Of a DNA stretch of 44,420 nt, positions 24,462-32,812 are shown in pieces. The stretch is taken from positions 1-44,420 of IMG/VR virus record IMGVR_UViG_3300045988_035600. The stretch is one strand, 5' to 3'. The notes below the pieces were generated by a model. The model was given only the letters and a program-made list of their open reading frames with translations, had not been told where the DNA came from and ran no database searches. Source of the stretch: a virus. A program made the translations under genes and the position numbers. Every line of letters begins with the position of its first letter. The first letter of the stretch is position 1.

Positions 24462-27218
24462 CTACCCTTCAAAGATTCCGAAGCCTGTCCGGCTCCTGTA
24501 TTGCCCGTTCTGATCTCTCAACCAGCGGATGAATTCGTTTCCGTCAATATTCAATACGATATACTGAGGCGAACCACTACCGCCATTTCCAGATTCTTTC
24601 AAAGCTTCCATCATTGCCTGTTTCATCGTCGACAGTGGAGATACAACCTCTGTCTCACGTTTGTTATCACCGAGGATTGCTGCAAACTCTCCGGCGTTTC
24701 GCGGCACAACTGTACCTTTTGCCAAGTACGGAATCTGTGGCGCTGTCATTGTTGGAATGCTGAATCCCCAAGTGTTTCCACCTATTCCAGGAACCCATCC
24801 AGGAACTTTGATTTTCATCTTATTAAGAACTCCAATTGCGGCATTGACACCAGCAATAATTCCTCTGATCATTCCGTTTATCAATCCGATTACACCATTA
24901 ATGGGAACTTTTGCGATTCCCACAAGTGCTTCAAATACATTCTTGAATATATTTTTTACATTGTTCCATGCTTCTCTCCATCCATTCACGAAATCTGTTT
25001 TTACCCAGTTTATAAGAGATTTGAATTTAGATACGATAAAAACTACTTTCTCTTTTATAGAATCCGACAATATAATTACTATATTTGACACCTTTTCTGT
25101 TAACGAGTTCCATTTATTTACAAACCCTTCTGCAAATGACCGTGTTTTTTCGCCTATCCAGTCAAATATGTTCCCGAAGAATTCTTTTATGGAATCCCAG
25201 TTTTTCACGAGAAGAACACCAGCTGCAATTATTCCGCCTATTGCTGCTATAATAAGTCCTCCTGGTCCGATTGCTGTTGCAATTGCAGATATGCCTCCAA
25301 GTATTCCACCAGAGCCTGTCATAAGTGCAATAAGCCCTTTGATGGCAAGCCCCACATTGCTGATACTGCTAATGATCGTAGTTATCAGCGGGATGATCTT
25401 AGCTGTTGCAAATGCGCCTATAAGAGCCGCACTAAATGCTTCAACTAATGTCTGATGTTCGCCAAGGAAATTAAGAAATCCTGAAACTATATTAATAAGT
25501 GTTGGGACTCCTGTTTCTATTAGCCATTTCAACGATGGAAGAATGATATTCTTATATATCCATTCAACAACATTGCCAAGAGCTTCGATGATTGGTGCGA
25601 ATGATTGCACTAAATTCCTGATAGAATCAAGCAGCGGATAAAAAACGAGTTTTCCAGCCCAGTCTGCTGTTGCTTTCGTTATTTTTTCGATAAAAGTAAG
25701 TATTGCCTGAAAAGCATTTGCCAGTGCCTGGACTATCTTTGTTCCGACTTTATTTTTATTCCACGCTTTAGACAACTGAGACGCAATGTTTCCTATAATT
25801 TTAAAGATATTCTGTATGATCCGGAGCATGGTAGATAGCATTTCAGTGCCTGTCCCATTTGTCCAGACTTCCATAATACTTTTTCCTACACTCTTAGCAA
25901 GTTCAGCAAGACTGGAAAACATATGTCTTGCAGTATCAATAGTATTCTTGCCCTCTCTGCTCCAAGCTTCCTGAAAAGGCTTCCAGATTTGCTTAAGTAT
26001 ATCGGATAATTTCTTTGCAGATTTGCTGAGTTTGTCAATCTGGCTTTCTCCTTTTGCCAATCCTCCGTAATCTACCTGTCCAACATTTCCGAGGCTAATA
26101 TTGTCTGCCTTTACGGTAGGCGTTTTTGTCGCACCAGATATCGCATCCGCCGCTTCTTTTCCAATAACCTTTAATTCGTCAAACGGAGCAATATTCTTTT
26201 TTAGAGCCTTGGTCTGCTTATTTAACGCGCTTGTGCTGTCCTTCGTGGAATCTGTTACATTCTGCGTAGCATCAGCCAGACTATCGGCTCCATCAGCAGC
26301 ACTTCCATAAGCATCTTCTGTGGCTGACAGATCAGTTCCAGTAAGTCCCGCTCCACTGGCTCCCGTCTGCCCGGATGATTTGTTTCCGGTTATCAGTTCC
26401 GTAAAGGACTTAAAAGCATTTGCTACTGTTGCTAGTTTTGCCAGCAATGTGTTAATCACCTTGATAACCGGCGTGAAGATATTAATCAATCCCTGTCCGA
26501 TTGTTGCCTTGAGAGATTGCAGCTGCAACTGCATCACTCGCACCTGATTCGCCCAGCTGTCAGAAGTACGGATGAAGTCACCCGATGCAGCCGATAACTG
26601 TTTCTGCACAAAAGCCAGACGGAGAGCCACTTTCTCTTGTTCGGTCATGGCAGATGTAGTCTTGCCATAGCCATTTGCAAGTGCATACTGGTCGAGTGCC
26701 GACTGGGTCATTACCACGCCGAGATCTTTGAGCGTTTCCGTTTCGCCCGTAAACACTGATTTTAGTTTGATATACGCCAGATCCTGACTGATGTTATAAA
26801 ATGATGCCACATCACCAGTTAGCTGCGTCAAGGCCGTTGACATATCGTAAGCCTGTGCTTCAGAGAAACCGAACGACTTAGACATTGCTCCGAACGTACC
26901 GACATACCGTTTAGTCATAGTTTCTGACAAACCGGCAGTTGTCATTGCGTTCTTCGCAAATTCATTAACCTTATCAGACATGGTAGTAAATGTAACATCG
27001 ACCACGTTCTGAACTTCTGCGAGGTCAGAGCCAAGTTCCACACACTCTTTTCCAAACTGTACCAACTTGCCAATCGCGAACGCTCCGCCAATCAGCAGAC
27101 CGATTTTTTTTACAGCACTTCCAAGGCCGTTAAATGACTTTTTTATTGCAGACACGCCGTTCTGTACGCCAGACGTGTCTATTCTGGTATCAATAATGAC
27201 TGAGCCATCAGCAGCCAT
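24462..27218 (-). CDS. Tail tape measure protein
   Basis: 918 aa, helical and Gly/Ala-rich, with hydrophobic segments in the C-terminal third. Canonical position after the chaperones. Confidence 0.9.
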   Translation of the reverse strand: MAADGSVIIDTRIDTSGVQNGVSAIKKSFNGLGSAVKKIGLLIGGAFAIGKLVQFGKECVELGSDLAEVQNVVDVTFTTMSDKVNEFAKNAMTTAGLSETMTKRYVGTFGAMSKSFGFSEAQAYDMSTALTQLTGDVASFYNISQDLAYIKLKSVFTGETETLKDLGVVMTQSALDQYALANGYGKTTSAMTEQEKVALRLAFVQKQLSAASGDFIRTSDSWANQVRVMQLQLQSLKATIGQGLINIFTPVIKVINTLLAKLATVANAFKSFTELITGNKSSGQTGASGAGLTGTDLSATEDAYGSAADGADSLADATQNVTDSTKDSTSALNKQTKALKKNIAPFDELKVIGKEAADAISGATKTPTVKADNISLGNVGQVDYGGLAKGESQIDKLSKSAKKLSDILKQIWKPFQEAWSREGKNTIDTARHMFSSLAELAKSVGKSIMEVWTNGTGTEMLSTMLRIIQNIFKIIGNIASQLSKAWNKNKVGTKIVQALANAFQAILTFIEKITKATADWAGKLVFYPLLDSIRNLVQSFAPIIEALGNVVEWIYKNIILPSLKWLIETGVPTLINIVSGFLNFLGEHQTLVEAFSAALIGAFATAKIIPLITTIISSISNVGLAIKGLIALMTGSGGILGGISAIATAIGPGGLIIAAIGGIIAAGVLLVKNWDSIKEFFGNIFDWIGEKTRSFAEGFVNKWNSLTEKVSNIVIILSDSIKEKVVFIVSKFKSLINWVKTDFVNGWREAWNNVKNIFKNVFEALVGIAKVPINGVIGLINGMIRGIIAGVNAAIGVLNKMKIKVPGWVPGIGGNTWGFSIPTMTAPQIPYLAKGTVVPRNAGEFAAILGDNKRETEVVSPLSTMKQAMMEALKESGNGGSGSPQYIVLNIDGNEFIRWLRDQNGQYRSRTGFGIFEG

Positions 27219-27233
27219 GTGTCCACCTCCTAA

Positions 27234-27806
27234 CTATTTGAGGTTAAGCATCTCGTTAAGCTTATCTTTATAAGCCTGTTCCTCTTCAGAGAGACGCGTT
27301 TTTATATCAATAAGATTCTTGTTATCGTGGTAGAATTTCTTTTCCCATTTATCTAATCTTTCGCCAAAAGCTTTTTTTGATCGAATCCCGATAACTGTAT
27401 TAAGCAAGCATTCTCCTGCTTCCATGAAATATGAAAAAAACGTCCACCAATGCATATAAGGTACCGCTCTAACTTCGCTATGAATTACCTTGTTTACCGC
27501 CGGAATAATCATTTCCCCGTCCTGTCCCCAGTCCATCAAGCGTGGCTTCGGCTTTCCCGAATCGTCGTCCGTCTGTCCGCAGTCAATAAATTCACAAGCC
27601 TTCTTACAAGCCTCTTCTACGTTCTCTGGTGGAATGCTTTCCCAGTCTTCATAGAGGATCTTCAGCATTACTATTTTTTTTCCGTAGTTGTCAAGATTCG
27701 GGTCGTTCTGTGCAATCAGAATATCTATGATTGCTCGAAAATCCGTTCTGATAGAAAAATCCACCCCACTGATATTTAGTGAGGTGGGTAACTCGTAAGC
27801 GGTCAT
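27234..27806 (-). CDS. Tail assembly protein (Phage_Gp15-like)
   Basis: MTAYELPTSLNISGVDFSIRTDFRAIIDILIA... matches my recollection of the Gp15 family. ATGA-coupled to the upstream chaperone. Confidence 0.65.
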   Translation of the reverse strand: MTAYELPTSLNISGVDFSIRTDFRAIIDILIAQNDPNLDNYGKKIVMLKILYEDWESIPPENVEEACKKACEFIDCGQTDDDSGKPKPRLMDWGQDGEMIIPAVNKVIHSEVRAVPYMHWWTFFSYFMEAGECLLNTVIGIRSKKAFGERLDKWEKKFYHDNKNLIDIKTRLSEEEQAYKDKLNEMLNLK

Positions 27807-28228
27807 TTTGTGTATTTCTCCGTATATTTATCAACAGTAGCCTGCATTTTTTTCTTTCTTTTTTCAATTTCCGGTGCAATTGCTTCTGAAATTTTATCAA
27901 GCACGATATATGCAAAAACCTGACCGTTCGGGAATACAGTTGTTGCAGTAATTGGTTCCTTGAATAAATCCATTGAAGCCTCATACCCTAACAGATAGTT
28001 CATTTTATCTTCAATCTGTTTGTTCAGATCCGCCATTTCTTTACTTGATGTGACCTTCTGAATGCTGTCCTGCATCTGTTCAAAAAATGGTTCGATTTCC
28101 TCTGCTCTTGCTGCAACATTAATGTCGGTCGGGTTCAACTTAAAGGAAGAAAAGATGTCTCCCTGATTATTTGTGAATGTAAAAAGAAGAAATCCGTCAT
28201 CAACGTTTGTGTCAATTGTCTTTGCCAT
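27803..28228 (-). CDS. Tail assembly chaperone
   Basis: 141-aa acidic protein between the major tail and Gp15/TMP genes. SD aggagggcgtagaaaATG. Confidence 0.65.
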   Translation of the reverse strand: MAKTIDTNVDDGFLLFTFTNNQGDIFSSFKLNPTDINVAARAEEIEPFFEQMQDSIQKVTSSKEMADLNKQIEDKMNYLLGYEASMDLFKEPITATTVFPNGQVFAYIVLDKISEAIAPEIEKRKKKMQATVDKYTEKYTK

Positions 28229-28248
28229 TTTCTACGCCCTCCTAAAAA

Positions 28249-28749
28249 TTATTCGCTGTCAGCTGTGAATGAGCCGGAAGTAATGTCAAATTTACCTTTG
28301 ACGCGCCCTCCAACGTAATTAACTGTGAACGGAATCTGATAGCCGGATGTATCACCGCCGTAGGAAGTCGGCACAACATAACAATCCTGCTTGTATGCTT
28401 CGTATTTACCGGCTGTTGCTTCTTTCCAGAGATGTACTTCAACTGCACTTGTTTTCAGATTATCATCTTTAAGACGTTCATCCACAATCTGCTGGAGCTT
28501 TTCGAACAGATCAGATGTGGTATCCGCATAAAACGGATCAGCGTCAGAAGAAGCTTCGTAGCCGTTATGTTTGAATGTGGATTCTCCAATAATGTTATGA
28601 GATGTTTCAGTATCCGGATTGAGTTCTACGTTATACTCTTCCAGATCTTTTCCAAGACGCTCATATTTCGGCGTTAGCCCTCCACAAAGAGAACCTGCAT
28701 CAATGTAATGAGCCATATATTTACGGTCAATTTTTCCTGTAACTGGCAT
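28249..28749 (-). CDS. Major tail protein
   Basis: 166 aa, MPVTGKIDRKYMAHYIDAG...YERLGKDLEEYNVELNPDTE... is typical of siphovirus major tail proteins. The position agrees. Confidence 0.8.
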   Translation of the reverse strand: MPVTGKIDRKYMAHYIDAGSLCGGLTPKYERLGKDLEEYNVELNPDTETSHNIIGESTFKHNGYEASSDADPFYADTTSDLFEKLQQIVDERLKDDNLKTSAVEVHLWKEATAGKYEAYKQDCYVVPTSYGGDTSGYQIPFTVNYVGGRVKGKFDITSGSFTADSE

Positions 28750-28824
28750 AGAAATGTCCTTTCTGCCTATAACTTTTAAAAGGCTGTGTAGGTTAGCGAC
28801 TATCTCTAACTGATAGCCGGTTGT
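28750..28824 (-). promoter_or_regulatory. Stem-loop leader B, upstream of the major tail gene (paralogous to 33983..34054)
   Basis: Minus strand: CAACCGGCTATCagttagaGATAGTCGCTAACC...AGTTATAGGCAGAAAGGAcatttctATG. Confidence 0.55.
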
Positions 28825-28830
28825 TACTTG

Positions 28831-29331
28831 TTATATTACTTTATATGTGTTTTCGTAGCGTACTGACAATGGCAATAGCCAGTCCTGTACACCGCTCTCC
28901 TGCGGCTCTAATCCATATGAATTATCACGAGTGATACGTTTTATTACTCTTCCTTGCGAAAGCTCTGGAAACGCATCTAAACGTGTTTCAGAACCATTTA
29001 TAATAACTGGTTCCCGGCATATCCATTTACCGAGATTGTCCAGAAACTTCTGAACAGATAACTTCTGCCGTTCTTTGTCGGATGCCGTTCGATATACCAC
29101 ATAAAATGGGTACTGGCATACCTGATGCATTACTCCGCATACATCTTCTTTTTCCGAATAAATCAACGCTCCGTTGTCTGCTGAGAAAGCGATTCCGGAA
29201 TCTTTGTTCAGTTCTTCGAACTTGATGCTTTCACCCTGATACAATCCGGGATACTGATTCAGAAGTGCCTTCATGGCATCTGTCAAAATTTCGTATCCGG
29301 TTGCATCTTTACCGATAGGTTTATCCGTCAT
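28831..29331 (-). CDS. Head-tail joining / tail completion protein (Minor_capsid_3-like, by position)
   Basis: SD aggaggtggacgacATG (track start 29340 is a GTG inside the SD). Confidence 0.6.
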   Translation of the reverse strand: MTDKPIGKDATGYEILTDAMKALLNQYPGLYQGESIKFEELNKDSGIAFSADNGALIYSEKEDVCGVMHQVCQYPFYVVYRTASDKERQKLSVQKFLDNLGKWICREPVIINGSETRLDAFPELSQGRVIKRITRDNSYGLEPQESGVQDWLLPLSVRYENTYKVI

Positions 29332-29812
29332 GTCGTCCACCTCCTGCTTGTGCTTTTACTTTGCGAATCCATGTGTCACCGTATTGTCGTTTGGCGGCAT
29401 CAAACCACTTTGCCTGTGCCCGTGGGTGAGCCTGTCTGGCGTATTCAAGATTCTCCTTCGCAGCTGTCTGACCAGAAAACTGACTAACAAGGACTTTCTT
29501 TGCTCCAAGTCTCGCATAAGGGCTTCCGGTTGATTCGTCAACCATGGTTTTCCCCTCGTACAGAAAACGTCCATAAGGAGCCGCCGCCGCACATACTTTC
29601 CCAGTTCCTTGTAAGGATGCACTCTCAACTCTTGTTCGGTTGATAAAGTCCCCTGTAATCATCGGCATAAACGGTACCATACTATCCATGACCATTCCAT
29701 CAAGGAGATACTGGGCTTCTTGATACTGTCTGGAGAACCTGTCCATATTCAGCTTGATTTTCATATCTCCGTCAACCACGGAAAATCCTTTGAAATGATG
29801 AATCTTACTCAT
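29321..29812 (-). CDS. Head-tail joining protein (Minor_capsid_1 / HK97 gp10-like, by pattern and position)
   Basis: ...QEAQYLLDGMVMDSMVPFMPMITGDFINRT... The start is taken at MSKIHHF just after the upstream stop. The track start at 29833 is a TTG. Confidence 0.6.
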   Translation of the reverse strand: MSKIHHFKGFSVVDGDMKIKLNMDRFSRQYQEAQYLLDGMVMDSMVPFMPMITGDFINRTRVESASLQGTGKVCAAAAPYGRFLYEGKTMVDESTGSPYARLGAKKVLVSQFSGQTAAKENLEYARQAHPRAQAKWFDAAKRQYGDTWIRKVKAQAGGGRHDG

Positions 29813-29813
29813 A

Positions 29814-30275
29814 TTACTTACCCAGAATCTCAAAATGTGGAATCAGTGTATACGGACCGCCTACACTAGTGATCTTGAACACGTTATCCTTATTCTCGTT
29901 CATGTACTGATAGAATCCATTTCTGTAATCACCATCAGTGACTGTTCCACCAGTCCACTCACCCTCCCAGAAGAACGATTCATCTGAGAATGTAATAGTA
30001 TCCTCCAGAGCGTTGTTAATCTGTCTTTTCCACTCCTTAGGCGGTACCCATGGGAGAATCTTGACATCCTTGTCAATAATTGTTATATCGCCATTCTGGG
30101 CGGTATAGCGTACGTGCAACTGTGCGTTGTCTGTTGCGTCTGGCCCGTACTTTTTAAGGATTGCTCCTTTGTCGGTAACGAGGTCGACGCCAGATAAAAC
30201 ATGAGGATACCAGTACGCATCTCCAGTCGTTTTGCTTTCGTAATAATTGAAAATCGTCACTGTTTTTTCATACAT
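29814..30275 (-). CDS. Head closure / minor capsid protein (Minor_capsid_2-like)
   Basis: MYEKTVTIFNYYESKTTGDAYWYPHVLSGVDL... SD aaggagggtatcATG. Confidence 0.6.
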   Translation of the reverse strand: MYEKTVTIFNYYESKTTGDAYWYPHVLSGVDLVTDKGAILKKYGPDATDNAQLHVRYTAQNGDITIIDKDVKILPWVPPKEWKRQINNALEDTITFSDESFFWEGEWTGGTVTDGDYRNGFYQYMNENKDNVFKITSVGGPYTLIPHFEILGK

Positions 30276-30288
30276 GATACCCTCCTTT

Positions 30289-30540
30289 TTACAGTTTTAA
30301 ATATTTATATCTGTTCTTCTTTGCGTATTTAATGGCTTCTTCTACGCTGTCAAAGCGTTGTCTAACATCCTCTTTCTTGGAGATTCCCTTGGCATGATAA
30401 TTACCCTCATCGTCCCAGTTCGATATTACATTTCTTGTTCCAGTCATATAATAGGAATAGCCCTGTTTGTTTGGCTCGACTTGCTTATGTATGACAACAC
30501 TTCCACTTCCGAAACCGCTTGTGCCGCCTCTACCACCCAT
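30289..30540 (-). CDS. Small protein with an MGGRGGTSG N-terminus
   Basis: 83-aa track ORF. SD gaggtgaagtgtaATG lies inside the end of the DUF4417 gene. Confidence 0.7.
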   Translation of the reverse strand: MGGRGGTSGFGSGSVVIHKQVEPNKQGYSYYMTGTRNVISNWDDEGNYHAKGISKKEDVRQRFDSVEEAIKYAKKNRYKYLKL

Positions 30541-31174
30541 TACACTTCACCTCGTTAAATTTGTCAGAAAATGCCTTAATTCTAACAATATTACCCTTAC
30601 ACTCTTCCGGGACTTTTCCGTAGAAAATAATACTTTCTGGATGCAATCGTTCAATCATAGCATTATAGCCAGATAAGAATAGGCGTTTTTTGCCTAAACT
30701 GTTCATGCATCCAACCGAACTTACCGCAACCGTTCCGCCCTCTGGCTCACCGTCAAAACACCAATCGTAAGAATCTGGCGTACTCCATGAGATTGCCGGA
30801 ATTACATTGCAACCATATTCTTGCAGATATGCGCCAATCCAATGTTTGCGATAATGATTATAAATCTGGATAGCTTTTGGGAAATCGGTGTAGGTACTAA
30901 AATCCGGTGTTAGAACATACCGGAATTGGCTCAGCTTATCAACATATCTGTCTGGATTCCTCCATAATGCGTCAAACTGGTAATCATCCAGGAAGAAATG
31001 AACCGCTTTCCCTTCTGGATTACTGCATTTACCTCTTGCGTAATTGAATCCGACAAACTCACAGTTACCCTCGAATAATTCCGGTTCTAACTGCGGTATG
31101 CCGTATTCACCAACGCCGGGAAAGATACGGCGGTTTAGATTTTCGTAAGCTATACTCGTCTCTCGGTTTGCCAT
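30530..31174 (-). CDS. DUF4417-like protein
   Basis: VHFFLDDYQFDALWRNPDRYVDKL..FRYVLTPDFSTYTDFPKAIQIYNHYRKHWIGAYLQEYGCNVIPAISW matches DUF4417 as I recall the family. Confidence 0.65.
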   Translation of the reverse strand: MANRETSIAYENLNRRIFPGVGEYGIPQLEPELFEGNCEFVGFNYARGKCSNPEGKAVHFFLDDYQFDALWRNPDRYVDKLSQFRYVLTPDFSTYTDFPKAIQIYNHYRKHWIGAYLQEYGCNVIPAISWSTPDSYDWCFDGEPEGGTVAVSSVGCMNSLGKKRLFLSGYNAMIERLHPESIIFYGKVPEECKGNIVRIKAFSDKFNEVKCNGW

Positions 31175-31177
31175 AGA

Positions 31178-31672
31178 TTACTTCTTTCCACTTCCAAAGA
31201 ACCACGAATCAAAGTTTTTCATTCTGCGCTTTCTGGCTCTGTCATAAGTGGTGGTAGTACGGCTTGTATCGTGCAAAGCACTTGTATCGCCTTTTTCAGA
31301 AGCCTTTGAAAATTTGTGCAATTCATCTCTCATGGCTGTACTGGCATTGACTAATTTTCGATGTTCTATAGCAAGTCTTTGATTTTTAAATAACGCCTCT
31401 GCACTTCCAAGTTTTGCGATTTTCCTTTTACTCTCACTCAATCTGTCATTTATATAATTCATTGTCTTTACTGCTTCACTCTTTGTCTTGATTGACTTAA
31501 AATAGCTAGTGTTTTCTGAATTAATGACCTTCTCGAGTTTATTGTCTTTCTTGACAATTCCACTTCCTCTGAGTGCGTCACTTTTCTTTGCAGAGTTGAA
31601 ATATACTTTTGACATTAACTTAGAAACTGGCTTCTCGTTGTTTAATCCACTGCTTCCACCACGTCCACCCAT
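31178..31672 (-). CDS. Basic coiled-coil protein with an MGGRGGSSG N-terminus
   Basis: 164-aa track ORF, Lys/Ser-rich, C-terminus ...RKRRMKNFDSWFFGSGKK. Confidence 0.7.
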   Translation of the reverse strand: MGGRGGSSGLNNEKPVSKLMSKVYFNSAKKSDALRGSGIVKKDNKLEKVINSENTSYFKSIKTKSEAVKTMNYINDRLSESKRKIAKLGSAEALFKNQRLAIEHRKLVNASTAMRDELHKFSKASEKGDTSALHDTSRTTTTYDRARKRRMKNFDSWFFGSGKK

Positions 31673-31676
31673 AAAA

Positions 31677-31946
31677 TCACTCTTTCATAATACTTTGCTT
31701 AATAATCTGATTCACACCAGTAGCCGACAATCCATTAAACATACCTACTGCAACTGCCGTGATATAATCCGTTGCCGGAAAATCCGGGATAATTCCCATT
31801 CCGACTGCTCCGAGAATCCCGCCAGTAACCGCCATGATCACCGGAATCCATTCATCAGAGATTCTTTTTGATGCCTTACAGCCCATTCCTACGATGTAGC
31901 AAATCATAACGATTGCTATACATGAGCCTAATGTTGTAATGTCCAT
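31677..31946 (-). CDS. Three-TM small membrane protein, holin-like
   Basis: The start is at MDITTLG after gaggtgataataATG. TM1 is followed by KASKRISDEWIPVIMAVTGGILGAVG and then AVAVGMFNGLSATGVNQIIKQ, which resembles Gram-positive phage holin families. Confidence 0.55.
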   Translation of the reverse strand: MDITTLGSCIAIVMICYIVGMGCKASKRISDEWIPVIMAVTGGILGAVGMGIIPDFPATDYITAVAVGMFNGLSATGVNQIIKQSIMKE

Positions 31947-31956
31947 TATTATCACC

Positions 31957-32331
31957 TCACATCAATTTAAGTTCATTGAATACTTTAAAAATTTTTGGTG
32001 ACTGAATAGCAAACCAGTCAACCATTTCTTCGTTTGTAGCCCAGCTGTCAGCACTATTTGAATTAGAATCAAGTCCAGATTCCATCAGAAATGCGTGGAT
32101 GATTTCGTGCCTAATAACCTGCTTCTGATAACTTTTAAGGTCTGCTTTTACTCCAATCTGTCCCTGCGATGCCTCCATGTCATCAACCACAATTTCCCGT
32201 GTTGATAAATCAGTATAGCCATCTGCATTTGTCAGACTCGGATATTGTTTCTTGTTCCCGAACTTCACGCTCCATTCAGAGCCTAAGATATCAACCTTGA
32301 AATCCTGCATATAAAATCGGTATCCCTTCAT
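31957..32331 (-). CDS. HExxH zinc-metallopeptidase-like protein
   Basis: ...QKQVIRHEIIHAFLMESGL... contains HEIIH. 124 aa (the start could be MQDF at 32310). Confidence 0.6.
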   Translation of the reverse strand: MKGYRFYMQDFKVDILGSEWSVKFGNKKQYPSLTNADGYTDLSTREIVVDDMEASQGQIGVKADLKSYQKQVIRHEIIHAFLMESGLDSNSNSADSWATNEEMVDWFAIQSPKIFKVFNELKLM

Positions 32332-32794
32332 CCGTCCTTACTCCCATCAGAAGCGGTAAAGCTGTCTTTAAGAGTAAGTCATTCGTTTTCTGTACATCTC
32401 CGGCAGCGGCATACACTGCACTCCATTCCTTTGCACCTGATGCTTTTTGCTGTGGCGTGGCGTAAGAGATGGATTCACTGCCGGATGACACAGAAGTTAC
32501 AACGCCTGTCGTGCTACCACCGGGCCCGATTGCAGTTGACGTACCGCTCACAGCGGCATTGGTAGCATTCTTTTCAGCAAGCTCAATCTGATACATTAAT
32601 TCAGCTAGTGAGCAGACTGCCTTTTTGATGCGTTTCTGTGAGCGTTCATTTTCCGGCAGCCCGTCCACCAACCTGTCAAACGTCATTGTGTCCACAAAAT
32701 CACTGGCTCTTTCCGCCAGGCGTGAAAAGTCGGTTTCCGGCACGACCGAACCGAAGTATGAAGTTGTATAAAAATCATAATCTGCATAAGCCAT
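32291..32794 (-). CDS. Head-tail connector (gp6/gp15-like, Phage_connect_1 type)
   Basis: MAYADYDFYTTSYFGSVVPETDFSRLAERASDFVD... is the typical N-terminus. It lies directly after the capsid gene. Confidence 0.75.
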   Translation of the reverse strand: MAYADYDFYTTSYFGSVVPETDFSRLAERASDFVDTMTFDRLVDGLPENERSQKRIKKAVCSLAELMYQIELAEKNATNAAVSGTSTAIGPGGSTTGVVTSVSSGSESISYATPQQKASGAKEWSAVYAAAGDVQKTNDLLLKTALPLLMGVRTDEGIPILYAGFQG

Positions 32795-32812
32795 GCCAGC
32801 TACCTCCTACAT

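Noticed and set aside
24661-25455. Long plus-strand track ORFs antisense to well-supported minus-strand genes. Examples are 24661..25455 (264 aa), 24501..25088, 5173..5631, 32793..33194, 35102..35476, 6679..7095 and 42028..42369.
   Set aside because: They have no SD sequences. Their composition is biased and Pro/Ser/Leu/Ile-rich, typical of antisense frames. Each lies wholly inside a gene with clear family signatures. I treat them as shadow ORFs.
27803-27870. Programmed -1 frameshift between the tail chaperone (27803..28228) and the downstream Gp15-like gene via the A7 run (gaaagAAAAAAAtgc, about 27850).
   Set aside because: The downstream gene is in the -1 frame. However, that frame contains TGA TAA between the A7 run and its own ATG, so a slip at the A-run would terminate immediately. 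The downstream gene also has its own ATGA-coupled start.
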